A DNA stretch of 64,000 nucleotides, taken from positions 248,001 to 312,000 of the forward strand of contig NC_043007.1 in assembly GCF_006345805.1 (NCBI RefSeq). Direction: 5' to 3'. Below the pieces are notes generated by a model. The model saw only the letters and a program-made list of their open reading frames with translations. It ran no database searches and was not told the origin of the DNA. Origin of the DNA: Octopus sinensis (lineage: Eukaryota). This document shows, in pieces, positions 1 to 13,869 of the stretch. Numbering within the stretch: position 1 is the first letter of the stretch; each line of letters begins with the position of its first letter. A program made the translations under genes and the position numbers.

Positions 1-28
1 AAACACAGACATACAAATACATATACAT

Positions 29-142
<114 letters not shown>

Positions 143-299
143 GACGGGCCTGTTTCAGTTTCCGTCTACCAATTTCACTCATAAGGCTTTGGTTGTCGCA
201 AGGTTATAGTAGGAGTCGCTTGCCCAAGGTGCTACACAGTGGGACTGAACCGGGAACCACGTGGTTAGGAAGCAAGCTTCTTACCACACAACCACTCCT
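143..299 (-). mobile_element. SINE family A (tRNA head plus CORE-like segment), 5' half
   Basis: Matches the family A head (A box TGGNTGTGTGG, B box GGTTCAGTCCC, ACCTTGGGCAAG CORE-like motif), followed by the internal microsatellite at 1-142. Confidence 0.75.
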
Positions 300-2179
300 T
301 CACCTACTATTTCATTTTTCTTGCAGATTCCTAAGTATATCTATTTCATTGCCATACCTTTAACCTTACACTTTCCACGATACGCAACCACTTCTTTGAT
401 GACTTCTCCGTTTGTCACACAGTTTTCCTATATTCTTCAATTTGGTCTCGCTTCTCCTCATATCATACATAACCGAGTGACAATGCTTCTTTATTTGATA
501 TTAGTATATCTAAACTACATTTATTTAGAACTACAAATATCGTAAAATATCTCCTGCATAAATTATATCTTTTCTGTAACTATCCTCTTAAACTGCACCA
601 GTTTTTATTGATTCCCTGGATATATATGTTATTCATTTTATCATATTTATACTTGTTATAATTCCTTTTATCTATACGGTGCCTTACAATACTAGTTATT
701 TAAATACTATAAATTCTACAGCAGATTCTTCTAAAATATATTATACGCTTCTTGAACACTTTCTATTCTTGTCCAAATACGCATATTTCTTCTTGTAAAC
801 CTTAATGGCTGTTCGCTTTTCTCTTAAAAGAAGACTCTTTTTAATATCAGTTTGCTACTAACGTATTACAAACACCAATATTTTAAACCTCCTTCCCTAC
901 ACCCTTTCTCCATTATAAATGTATTTCGTCATTCTTTATTGTTACTCCCTTCTTTTAAGACGGGAGATTGGTTGGATCGTTAGAACGTCGGATGGAATGA
1001 TTTGCGATATTCGTTCTCACGCTCTCTGCAGTGAGTTCAAATCCCCTCCAGATCAACAATGCTTTTTTTTTTTAACGTCGCGTTCGAAAAATGAAGTATC
1101 AGGGAAATACCAGCATCCAAAATTTCGGTCCTTGTGCCTAGAGTAGAAAAGAATATTAATTGTATCTTTTCCCCCGGATGATGCCAACCAAAATCCTAAT
1201 AGCTTATAGCAAATATGATTTGCGTCGTCGTAATATTGCAACAATGTGGAATTATTCTACTTCTACAATGTGTAGCCAAAATTTGAACATCACGCAAGTA
1301 TATCTTATAATTTTACATATGTGACTAAATTGTATTTTTCGAGCAAGAAAAAGACTACAATTAAATGAGTTTCTTAATCAAATTTGTTGCAAAGTATTAC
1401 CATTTTTCAGGTAGTGAGATGGCAGAATCGTTAGCATGCCGGAAAGAAATAATTAAAGGCATTTATTCAGATTTTATCTGCTGAGTTCAAATTCCGCCGA
1501 GGCGGATAAATGAAAGCCATCATTAGGTGGTCGATAAAATAAGTACCAGTCATGAACTGGCGTCGATGTAATCGACAATCACCCTCCCCCAAAATGTCAA
1601 GCGCCTTATATTTATATAGTAAAGAGAACTTAGGGCAACGTTTCCAGCTAGCAAGCATACATGTTGAGAAAATAGGCCCTTTCCATGACATCATAGTCAT
1701 TAATTCGAGTCTATTTAGGGTCACATCGATTAATATTTAACGACAGACTACATAGGGAAATGTGAGTCTTAAAGCCAATAAAGCACAGGAATCGCTGGGA
1801 ATCTGGCTGCTATTTCTAGCAGACTGCCCTGATCACGTAGACGCTCTTTAATTGACTTCACTTAACGAAGTACTCGTCGTTGGCAAAAGCAGAACCTGAC
1901 GCAATTCTCATAAACCAGCTTCAGTTCACGATATATCTATACTTAAAGCAAACAAAATAATATAGAACATATCATTAGGGAGACGGTCATTAAAGCACTG
2001 CACCGGTGCGGTTTGGTTAGGTTTTATGGCTTTCATGTTTTAAAAGTGAACGATATATCAGGAATTATGGTTTAATGGTACATTCTTTAAAATCATAGAA
2101 TTTATTTGACGGCATTTCGTCTGCGAATATTCAGCAAGTTGTCGTTGGTTTAATTCACACACACGCACGTACGTACGTT

Positions 2180-2705
<526 letters not shown>

Positions 2706-2991
2706 TCAGGATTATGCTTAGGCATAGCCATTCTAATAAGCAGTCGTAACAACTCGATACATTTATACTTTGGAGCCAAGTGTTAGGAGAGTGTAGCGCA
2801 TAATAGCTACGAATAAATGAGAAGAGGAATTATGTAATCATGTTTATTACCTTACGGCTGTTTCTGTTATAGGTTTAATCAATGTGATTATGCAACATTT
2901 TATAGCTACCTCGGAGCTGTTAAAGAAATAAATAATTATGTGCGTATACATACATATATATACATATGTGCGCGCGTGTATATATATATAG

Positions 2992-3200
2992 TTGATCCGA
3001 ACATGAAAACACAAAGAGAAAACACAACAACGCGATGACGTGGAACAAGTATAGTGTTATTGGACGCTCAGGAAAGTAAAGAAAGAAGGAGGATTTCATG
3101 TTTCGAGTGGAGCTCTTCGTCAGAAACATAGGAAAAGGAAAGCTCCAAGAAGGTAAGGCGGAGAAAGAAAATCGCTAAGGTTACACAGGCGGTCACATAT
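2992..3200 (-). mobile_element. Second copy of the 200-bp hammerhead-bearing repeat
   Basis: Homologous to 50505-50703 (shared ATGTGACC, TTCCTGAGCGTCCAATAA, TTGTTCCACGTC, GGAT(C/T)AACTATATA). Confidence 0.55.
3093..3127 (-). ncRNA. Minimal hammerhead motif, probably inactivated copy
   Basis: The minus strand reads GTTT-CTGACGA-A-GAG-CTCCA-CTC-GAAA-CATG-AAAT. The core is canonical, but stem III and the cleavage triplet are mutated (AUG). Same family as 50572-50606. Confidence 0.55.
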
Positions 3201-3227
3201 TGAATTATATATATATAATTGTGTGTT

Positions 3228-3263
<36 letters not shown>

Positions 3264-3620
3264 GTGTGTGTGTGTGTTGTTTTTAAAACAGGTTGATTCC
3301 GTTTCCGTGCTACTTCAAATTACGCAGGCCTTCACGGAGACCTTTGCCTCCAGTTTTTTCCTTTACAGGCCAGCGAAGCTTGAAGCAGCACGGAGAGCAA
3401 ATCAAACTGGTTTAAGTAATACATGTAAATCCTACTGAGTTATGTGCTCTTTTCTTCTTTTTGTCCACCCCCACTACACACACAAACGCACATACACATA
3501 TTCACGCACACACGCACATATAAATGCAAAACAAGATTCGGAAAAATAGCACTCGAATACCGAAGGTAGAGTAATATGCTTTCTCGTTTTTAGTAAATTT
3601 GCAAAAACATAACAAAATAT

Positions 3621-3779
3621 GGAGTGGCTGTGTGGTAAGTAGCTTGCTTACCAAACACATGCTTCCGGGTTCAGTCCCCCTCCGTGGCATCTTGGGCAAG
3701 TGTGTCTTCTACTATAGCCTCAGGCCGACCAGATCCTTGTGAGTGGATTTGGTAGACGAAAACTGAAAGAAGGTGGTCG

Positions 3780-3837
<58 letters not shown>

Positions 3838-3925
3838 TGTCTGTGTGTGTGTGTGTGTTATGTCTGTGTTTGGTCCCCCCAACATCGCTTGACAACCGAT
3901 GCTGGTGTGTTTACGTTCCCGTTCA
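3621..3925 (+). mobile_element. SINE family A, 3'-truncated
   Basis: Head, CORE-like segment, internal (TA)n(TG)n and start of the 3' module. Confidence 0.8.
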
Positions 3926-5289
3926 TCGAACTGTTGTGATCAAGACTCTTGGTCATAACTCTCCGACGAACGGGAACGTGAAACTCTGAGTCACAATGCT
4001 TTGTGATGTTTTTGCAGCTTTAATAAATAAATAAACACACACAGACACACATAAATAAATAGACATACATACATGCATACACATGCATATACCCACATAT
4101 TCACAATGTTACCTATCTTTTCAGTCAGTTGGAGGAACCCTCTTTCGATTTCAACCAACTCCATCCTGTAGCTGTGGCACGATTTACCTTATAAGTTTCA
4201 ACTTTGTAAGGCGTCGAGTGTCACAACCGAAAAAGAACTGTAAAAGAACCACCACCGGAAATACTATCGAGCTACGTAAGATTGGAATGTCAAATTAGAA
4301 TGTAACTACTCGCATTAAACATGTACACCAATAGATATCCTGAGCTATGACATATTTGGTTCCAGCAGCATTTCTAGTATTATAAAGACTTTTAAATGAA
4401 AGAAGTTGGTTTGTTTTTTGACAAAAATAGTTGAAAATCATTGATTCTTGATTTTATTCAATATGCGATATGAACTTTAGACAGAACGTCAAAAATCTCC
4501 AGTTGTTCAATATGAGTAACTGAAAATATGTGATATATTTTGTGTATTAAAAGACCACATCTCCGATGAAAATGTAGGAACTACCAAACCTTACAATCGT
4601 CGGTTTCAATGTCTGATCAAAACAATTTGTTTGTGTGTGTATTAGAGTGTTTTTTATGCTTGGTACCACTTCTTTGGTATTAGGGTACATAATGGTTATC
4701 AGGAATTTCGGAATCTCGAAAGAAGCAGGATGAAAATCTTCATAGCTCCTCATCATTCTTGCTGTAAGGCTCCGAAAATATGATGAAACGAAATTTATTT
4801 GAGAGGAAAATGTAGAAATTTGTCATACATCTGTATTTTCATGCTAAATTATAATACAACCGACGTAATTAACTTTTGCTGTGAGGTTTTCATGATTGCA
4901 ATTAGGATAACGAGAACGGTTTCGGGTCGTGTTTATGCATTTTTCAAGGTTATTTACTACGCGTGAGAGGAGAAGAAAGATACACAATTTCATTATTTAC
5001 AAAAAAAAAAAAGAAAGAAATGGAAACGAAAGCGAAATCAGTAAATCATTACTAAAGGTTACTAAAGGCTATTTCTTAAAGACTAACCATATATGAGATC
5101 GCAGTCAGAAGTGATTAAAAATAAATCCCACTCAGAAGTGATTAAAAAATTGATAACATTGTTTATGGTTAACTATTACTGTGTTTGAAAATGTGTAAAG
5201 AAAAGGAAATGATGTGGAAAAAAGCATTCCGCAAAATTAGAATTGAGTTTTGTATCTAGAGGTACATGATTTACAAAGAGCTTGCCTTA

Positions 5290-5760
5290 ACAGGGATTTC
5301 CATCATCGACTGTCAACTTCTCGTTGTGGAACCTTAAACTCCTATCTTTGTGACTTGATTTTCTAAGTTGATCCTATTTTACGTCCCCTCATTTCATGTG
5401 CTCACTCTATACTGTTTTCCCAAGGAATTACAAGCTCTACGATCGGAAAATATTTCGTGAAGTTAGATCTTAACACAGGCTCAATATTTGGACTATAATT
5501 GCAGTATAGACTGGCTGGAGACGCGATTTCACCAAAGTTGTATGCACCTTCCAGTCACTTGTCATATGTAGGTTTTTGCTTAATGGCTAACGTTTGTGTG
5601 GTTTTCCACATTGCTCGAGCTCACTCTTAACAACTAAGTGACACTTCCTGCTCGTTCCTGTTGTATGGACCTGCCACATTATTGTGTTAATTTAGCGTTA
5701 AAGACACTAATGGCTGGATTATTCCTTCATGAGATAACTTGCAGACTGCCAGAACACAAC
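5290..5760 (-). mobile_element. Decayed NeSL/HERO-like RLE LINE, endonuclease region
   Basis: Minus-strand translation IVELVIPWENSIE*AHE (cf. ELTVPWEE.IEEAHE), with SDWKV upstream. Multiple stops. Confidence 0.5.
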
Positions 5761-6681
5761 CTAACAATTCTTTAGCTCTGTAGTGTTCCTCCAACCCTCT
5801 AGGTAACAATAGCCGGCGATGTAATAACACCAGAACCGCTTTCATGAATTATTGCAGCTCAAAGTGGTTCCATTTTCTTCAACATACGAAACGACATTTT
5901 TATTTGCTAAGCGATGTCAAATATTTGATGTTACATATGCATTATTTTCGGATACAATTTGTTAAATGTAAATTGAAACGACAAATGGTAGTAGTAAGAT
6001 TAATTCTGTTGCTAAAGATTTTCGGCTGCGTTAAAGAAAAAATATATATATTATGCAACCTGAGGAAAATATAAGATTTTAAAACTTTATGTAATACAAG
6101 TGGATAATGGAGACATTATCTGAATAAAGATAAGACATCGAAATCGACAGAGAATCTTCTGAAGGAGGCTATTATGTATGTATGTATGTATGTATGTATG
6201 TATGTATGTATGTATGTACGTATGTATGTATGTATGTATGTATGTATGTATGTATGTATGTATGTATGTGTGTGTATGTATCTATGTATATTAGCATGTG
6301 TGTATTTATTGATGTATGTATATATATAACTGTGTATGAATGTATAGAAAAGCAAATATATTTGAAAATGTTGACACATATATAAGCTCTGTATGTATAT
6401 GAATATGTATGTATAAAATACGTATAAAAATGTATATGCATACACAGACACACATAGACGAAAGCATGTACACCTACGGACACAAAAACACATGTATAAA
6501 TGATTATAAATATATATACGTGTATGTATACATATGCAACTTTATCTGTTAAAATATCTATCCATTTGTAAAATGTAATATAATAGACACACACAAACAA
6601 ACACAGACAGACACGCAAACACACACATACATATATATTTGATATTACATTATCTGCTATATATATTATACATACATACAT

Positions 6682-6734
<53 letters not shown>

Positions 6735-6978
6735 GCATGTTAGAAATACATATTCATATACAATTTTATATTATATATGTATATAAATATATAAATATAT
6801 ACATATATATATAAGTACATATATAAGTATATATACATATATATGAATATATATAAATATATACATATATATATATAAATACATATATATATATATATAT
6901 ATAATATAATATATTTATACTATAAAATTGGATTTAATCCTAAATCTAATTTTTCCCTGTAAGTTTGGATTTATTCCC

Positions 6979-7039
<61 letters not shown>

Positions 7040-8784
7040 TATATATATTATATATATATACATGTGTGTGTGTGTGTATAATACACACAGATAGTTCATA
7101 AGTTTAAGAACAATCCCCCTTCATGTACCTTTACTTTTATATGTGTGTGTGTGTATTTGTTTGTACGTGTGTATGTATATATATATATCATCTTTAAGTG
7201 AGTGTACGTGCTTGTGTGCTTTTTTGCTCGTGGAATATTTCGCCTAATATAATAATATGCTGCTAATATGGAGTTTCCAGAATTTCGTTTGGTTTTTCAG
7301 ACAGGATAATCTTGAGCATCGTTGAAGCATATATCTCGCTATGACGTCTGATAGACAAACCCGCAACGATAAAATCCCAATCCGGTTTTTGGCTGGAGAT
7401 GCAAAATACAAGGCAAAGAAGAGCTAGCAAATGAACACACTCTCGCATGTACAAACGCTTATATGCTAGCCTTTGGTTAGTCTATAATCTAAAGAAAATA
7501 TAAGAAGGAGGGATGTTCTCTCTTCTTTATACACACCTGAAACCAACATTTGGTACGTGGATGAACTTAGGGTAGAGGCCATGATATGCCACATGTTTGT
7601 CCATAGAAACTTTTGAGTTGGATGGAACATATGGAAATTATTTGCTGTAAATGGTCTGCCATATTAGCTTTACAGACAATATTAATTAAAAAGTGCAGTG
7701 CATATATTTAGCTGAGATGAATAGAACACATATTGCAATGCTTTCTAATATATTTCTAATTAGTGCTGCAGTGTTTAGCATATTGTAGAGTAAACATTAC
7801 TGATAGAATAATCTCAAGAACCTCCTACACTAAGTCATGCAGAGAGCGTCAAAGATTATTGCAATTAATTATGCAGTGTTAAAATGACAACATTAGCAAA
7901 TTATTACTGCCATTTAACACGAAGGCGGCGAGCTGGCAGAAACGTTAGCACGGGCGAAATGCTTTCGTTGCCGTCACATTCTGAGTTGAAATTCCGCCGA
8001 GGTCGACTTTGCTTTTCATCTTTTCGGGGTCGATAAATTAAGTACCAGTTACGCACTGGGGTCGATATAATCGACTGGCCCCCTCCCCAAAATTTATATA
8101 TATATATGGGTGTATGTATCTTTGTGTATATATTTGTTTCCCATCTCCATCGTTTGAGAACTGGTGATGGTGTGTTTGGGTCCCCTTAACATAGCAATTC
8201 GGCAAAAGAGACAGTTAGAATAAGCACCAAACATTACAAAAACTTATAATAGAGAATGGGGTCGATTCATTGGACTAAAAATTCTCCTAGGCGGTGCTAC
8301 ATTATGTAGTTTACCAACTGAAGCAAAAAATAATATAACACAAGCATATAGAGTATACAAATGATTAGCGTTGCCCTAACAGAGAGATTACTTTTAATCT
8401 GTGATATCAAAATTATGAAAACATCAATAAATTTAGTGCTGAAGTATTTTTAATGCAAGGAATATTAAAAGTCTAAATTGGAAGAAACGTATGTTGACCG
8501 AAAGACAAAGAATGATCAGTGATTAATAACCTCACGTCTATCATTTACTTCTCAGATGAAATCTCTACGGGTTCCAGTTTTGCCATTCTCTAATTCCGGG
8601 TTACGTGAAGTAAACAAACAACAGCAGATCGATCGATTGTAACCATATCCTCGTAATAATCTTGAGAAACAGATTAGCAGATTTAAGTCCCTTGATGAAA
8701 TAGATTTTGTGCTAAAGATATAATAAGACTAACAGAAGGCTGTGTTGCATGATTCGGTTACGTAAAAGTAAAAAAAAACTATCA

Positions 8785-9400
8785 GTGTGTGTGTAGGTGC
8801 GTGTGTGAGTGTGCTTGTGTGTGTATGTGTGTGTGTGAGTGTGCTTGTGTGTGTGTTTGTGTGCGTGTGTGTATCTGTGTGTGAATGTGTGTGAGTATGA
8901 GTGTGCTTGTGTGTGTGTGTGTTTGCGTGTGTGTGTGTATCTGTGTGTGAATGTGTGTGTGTATGTGTGTGAGTGTGTTTGTTTGCGTGCGTGTGTGTGT
9001 TTGTGTGTTTGTGCGTGTGTGTGTGTGAGTGTGTTTGCGTGCGTTTGTGTATGTATGTGAAAGTGTGTGTATGTGTGTGAGAGTATGTGTATGTGTGTGT
9101 GAGTGTATGAGTGTGTTTGTGTGTGTGTGTGTGTTTGTGTGAGTGTGTGTGTATGTGTGTGATTTTGTGAGAGAGTGTTTGCGTGTGTGAGTATGTGTGC
9201 ACGTGAGCATGTGGGTGTGAATGTTTGTGCGTGTGTACTTGTGTGTGTGCGTATGTGTGAATGTGTTTGCGTGTGTATGTGTGTATGAATATGCTTGCGC
9301 GTGTGTGCGTGTGCGTGTGAGCGTGTGTGCTTGTGCGTGTGTATTTGTATGTATTTGTATGTAAGTGTGAGTGTGCTTGCGTGCGCACATGCGTGTGTGT

Positions 9401-9448
<48 letters not shown>
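8785..9448. repeat. Compound (GT)-rich microsatellite, about 660 bp
   Basis: Direct reading. Confidence 0.95.
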
Positions 9449-9784
9449 CGTGTGTTTTCACACAATATTCATCGATTGAAATGGTGAAATATAAGCAAAG
9501 CAATTATTCCGAACGAATACCAGTTTGGGAAAATAAAATCAATTCTTAGAGGCGTCGGCAAACAAAACAAGTGTAGAGGGGGAAAAGAGAAGGTTTTATA
9601 TTGAAATGTAATCTTCGGTTTATTTAATTCGATACTATTACGATGCACTTTAAAGGAAACTACGTAATTCTGTCATTGTATATATTTACTAACTTACGCA
9701 CACACACATTCTTTCTACACACACACGTTCTTTCTACACACACACGTTTTGTCTATGCACCCATATTCGCTTTTTCATACACGC

Positions 9785-9823
<39 letters not shown>

Positions 9824-10435
9824 TTCACACATATATTTCATTATTGCTCACAAATCCACTCACGAGGCTTTGGTCTGCCCGAGGTAATAGTAGAAGGCAT
9901 TTGCCCAAGGTGCCACACAGTGGGGCTGAACCCGGAACCATGTGGTTAGTAAGCAAGCTACTTACCACACAGCCTATAATATCTAAACATTTATCAAATA
10001 TATCTACATCCTTCCGTATTGGATTCCGGCGGCCTCGGCGAGATACGGTAAAGCTGCAAACCGTACAACGCTAGGCTGTTACAGGCTCTTGACTTGATTT
10101 TGATGGCGATAACGAAATCTTCGGAACTATGCAATAGCACTCCCGTTAATGGTTTTCGAAACTCTCAATCCCCAAATTGTATACGAGCTCTTTCACAATA
10201 TTTCTTCTATAAATTACTGCATTTCTTTCATGTGTCTCACGAATGAGTTGAATCTCAGTTCTTTTAATATCTCTCAGGACCCAAGCCTTTGCATTGAGGC
10301 GATTTTCTGAACGCTGTAATGTTGTCGTTTAGTTTAAAATTGCGTGGCGTCAGTTATTCTGAGCAATGGTTCAGGCGGCCGGAGTCAAATGTTCAACAAT
10401 TAACTAGAGTGCCTTCTTACTTTCTCCTTCTAGAT

Positions 10436-11041
10436 CATAGGTTCTCAAAGTGGGCGCTACTGCTCCCCCGGTGGGCGTTGAGAGGATCCAGGTGGGTGAT
10501 GGTGTCTAAAGGAGGGCAGTAGAGAAAAAACGGTATTGGGAGATAGGCAGTGGATTGGGGGAAGCAATGAATTTATAATATATTAAATATCAAACGATTC
10601 ATAATATATATAATTTTTTTTTATTTAAGCGGCCTTTTCAAGCCTAGCCAGGCTCATGGGCCCGGTTTCCCGGTTTCTATGGCGTATGTGTTCCCCCCAG
10701 CCGGACGGGGCGTCAGTCCATCACAGCGTTACTCAAGAAACAGGAAGAAAGAGTGAAAGTAAGTTGGGGCGAAAGAGTACAACAGGGGTCGCTACCACCC
10801 CCTGTCGGAGCATCGTGGAGCTTAACGTGTTTTCGCTCAATAAACACATACAACGCCCGGTCTGGGAATCGAAACCGCGATCCACCGACCGCGAGTCCGC
10901 TGCCCTAACCACTAGGCCATTACGCCTCCACATATATAAATTAATAAAGTATAAATTATTTATTTATACATAAAAAATAGGGGTAGATGCGCTGAGGGTA
11001 TTATGTGGCTATGAGGGGTCCCAAATGTTTGAGAACCTGTT
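10436..11041. mobile_element. Non-autonomous hAT (Charlie-like) element
   Basis: Imperfect TIRs CATAGGTTCTCAAA / TTTGAGAACCTGTT. 8-bp TSD TTCTAGAT (10428-10435) / TTCTAGAG (11042-11049) with the TCTAGA core typical of Charlie targets. Confidence 0.75.
10624..10929 (-). mobile_element. tRNA-derived SINE, family C, with V-domain-like segment
   Basis: A box TGGCCTAGTGG and B box GGTTTCGATTCCC. GCTGTGATGGACTGACGCCCCGTCC (10703-10727) resembles the V-SINE core (recalled, not searched). Confidence 0.8.
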
Positions 11042-11984
11042 TTCTAGAGGATCACAGAGTCTATATCCCTTCGCCTCCTTCACGCCGTTACCATCGTAGT
11101 ATTGTGTACATGAAACGTTGCTTGGTCGTTATATTTCCCCCAGGATATGTATTCGTTATCAATTTAGGATAGTAATCGCTCCACATTCTGTACATCCTCG
11201 TTGCATTGATATAGAAGAGCTTGAAACTTTCTGGTAGTAATTTGCAATGTGTTTACGTCAGCCCATTACATTAAGGATTTGCAATAGATCTGCGACATAT
11301 TCCGAGTCTTTAATTGTCTGTGAAACTATTATATCGTAAACAAAGCTATTCAAAATGATTGTCTCCATGATAAAGGGTGTGTCATTACAAACAATAATAG
11401 CTGCAAGGTAGAACCTTGGGGGATTCTGCTCAAAATCGGTGTTCGTTTGAGCAAGAGAGCAATCTTGATTGTGACCACGCGACACCTGATTATTAAAATG
11501 TGATGCAGCCGTCATGTAGTTTCGGGATACTCTCCAGATCATACATTTTGTAGCACATCATTTTAATTTTTGAAAGGTCTTCGCCAAGTCGAGACAACTC
11601 ATGTCCACATTGGAAGAGTTAAATTGCTGTTTCGCCGCCCAGCGACAGTCATTCTCGTCTAAGAACAGGAACAGTTTCCTTTAAGTGATCGAAATAGGCA
11701 TATTTCTTTTCAATTACCTCCAGACGTTTTTAAGAAACGAATCTTACTCTAGATGATGAAGTTAAGAATACCCTTGGTATAAAAGAATGGTCAACATGTT
11801 CACGGCCGGAATGTCTTTGATCATGTATTTGCCTGACTAAGGTTGTGTTCCTGTTTCTTGAAAGACTTCGCCATAAGATCATAATGATCACAAGCAAATG
11901 ATGGATTCAAGGGAAAATATGAACAATGTACACACACACACACACAAATATATACATATATATTTAATAAGAGGGAAAGAGAGA

Positions 11985-12455
11985 GGAAGGTTGGGAGAGA
12001 TAGAAGGAAAGAGAAGGAGAGAAGGAGAGAGGAAGCGGGAGAGGGAAAGAGAGAGGGAGAGAGAGAAAGAGAGAAGGAGAGAAGGAGAGAAGGAGAGCAG
12101 GAGAGAGGGAGCGTGAGAGGGAAAGAGAGAGGGAGAGAGAGAAAGAGAGAAGGAGAGAGAGAAAGAGAAAGGGAAAGAGCAAAGGTGAGAGGAAGAGAGA
12201 AGGAGAGAGGGAGAGAAAGAGTGAGGGAGAGAGAAGGATAGAAAGAGAGAGGGAGAGAGAGGAAAGAGAGAAAGAGAGAGAGGGAGAGAGGGAGAGAAAG
12301 AGAGAAGGAGAGAGAGGGAGAAAGTGAGAAAGAGAGAAGGAGAAAGAGGGAGAGAATGAGAAAGAGAGAAGGAGAGAGAGGGAGACAGTGAGAAAGAGAG
12401 AAGGAGAGAGAAGAGAAAGCGTAAGAGAAAGATTGTGCCGGAAAGTGAGTGAGGA
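11985..12455. repeat. Polypurine (GA-rich) compound repeat
   Basis: Direct reading. Confidence 0.95.
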
Positions 12456-13019
12456 GGAGGAATGTGGATAAGAAAGTACAATAATATCATAAATATTTTA
12501 AAAATAATTATTGGGCATCCATATAAAATGGCGTCTATAATCGAATAGAAACTACCTTCTTACCTGTTTCCACTCTTCTTGTCTGCCTTTAAAACATTCA
12601 GTATACAAATTTATACACATTTGTTCTCTCTGTGATATTTACACGCACAAATTCATAATCTCGAATCAACGCAAATATCGCCACTAATATTGATAAATAC
12701 AACCATAAAAATATCCCGTTTATCGTTGAGTAAGTAATAAAGTGTGATTCTCGTAAAATGTCACACCTATTAAAATGTCAACAACACAGCTTTCCTTTCG
12801 GACAACCAAATATATCGAACAAGAATAAAAATAAAAAAGTCCACTTCATATTTCAGCTGGAAAGCTGTGTACGTTGCCAATTCTGTACGACGCATAAAAT
12901 GTTGTAAACTATTTATCTAGGATAATTTATTATTTAGAAAAACATTAAAAAGGGGAAGCAAATCTCTTTGTTATTTCGCCGTCTGTTTTTCTACTAAAAA
13001 GTGACCATTATAACACAAG

Positions 13020-13255
13020 ACCTTCTCTCTTTCCCTCTCTCTTTCTCTTTCTCCTTGTCTCTTTCTGTCTCTCCTTCTCTCTTTCCCTCTCCCTCACTCC
13101 TTCTCTCTCCCTCTCTCTTTCTCTCTCTCCTTGTCTCTTTCTCTCTCCCCTTCTCTAATTCTCTCCCTCCCTCCCTCTCTCTTTCTCTCTCTCCCTCTCC
13201 ATTTCTCTCTCCATCACTCCTTCTCTCCTCTTTTCCTCTCTGTCTCCCTCCCATC
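13020..13255. repeat. Polypyrimidine (CT-rich) compound repeat
   Basis: Direct reading. Confidence 0.95.
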
Positions 13256-13404
13256 CTCTATATTTGTTTTCGTTTCCTTAAATTGTTTATATATTTACAT
13301 ATATATATATATCTTTTGTTTTGGGTTTCAGCATAGAGTTGTGGCCATGCTGGGGCACCTCAGTTTTGCTACATTGTTATTACTGAGAGCCTCCTCTAAT
13401 ATGT

Positions 13405-13545
13405 GACATTTGGTGAAGAATGGTGTTTTTATGTCGCTATCCTCATTTGCACCTTTTGCCGTGAAGTAGGTTCATCTGGGATTCTCGACAGGAAGAGATC
13501 CAGTTTTGATTTGAAAACACCTACATCCGCTTTATGTAGGTCTGT
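13405..13545 (-). mobile_element. 3' coding end of a CR1-group LINE
   Basis: Minus-strand translation DLHKADVGVFKSKLDLFLSRIPDEPTSRQ, typical of CR1 C-termini (FK..LD..L...PDEP). Confidence 0.6.
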
Positions 13546-13869
13546 ACTCTTTCACCACAAATTTCTCTAATTCTTTCTTCCCGTTTCTGTCGAATCTGAA
13601 TTTCAAAGGGTCAGCCTTGTCGCACTCTGTGTCATGCTGAATCTCCCCGAGAACTACGTTAGGAGTACACTTGTCTGTGGAGTGCTCAGCCACTTGCACG
13701 TTAATTTCACCAGCAGGCTGTTCCGTTGATCGAACCCGCGTCGTCGTAACCGACGGAGTACCACGACGATTCTTTGGTGAGTAACAGCCGTTTCTGCTCT
13801 CTTTAATATCATTATAATCATTTCCTTTTATTTTTCCCCACCATGTACGTAAATGTAAGCATGGCTAAT

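Larger units (their letters stand above)
9990..11890 (-). mobile_element. Decayed CR1-group LINE (RT to C-terminal region), interrupted by a hAT MITE
   Basis: Minus-strand translations across frameshifts give NVDMSCLDLAKTF (cf. DVIYLDFAKAFD), IPQGSTLQLLLF (cf. VPQGSVLGPLLF), RLNHCSE (cf. RLDYCSQLW), LKELRFNS and CIVPKI. Many stops. Confidence 0.7.

Noticed and set aside
300-900. Purine-rich minus-strand sequence possibly from an L1/Tx1-like ORF2 (similar hints at 31640-31800, 50790-51100, 53998-54250 and 62810-63000)
   Set aside because: Too decayed to assign by eye; needs a profile search against Dfam/Repbase proteins.
6924-6953. 13-bp AT-rich hairpin inside a (TA)n tract
   Set aside because: Short AT-rich inverted repeats are expected by chance at this base composition.
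7263-7454. 63-aa minus-strand ORF with a hydrophobic stretch
   Set aside because: No motif or family recognised, and the length is compatible with chance.
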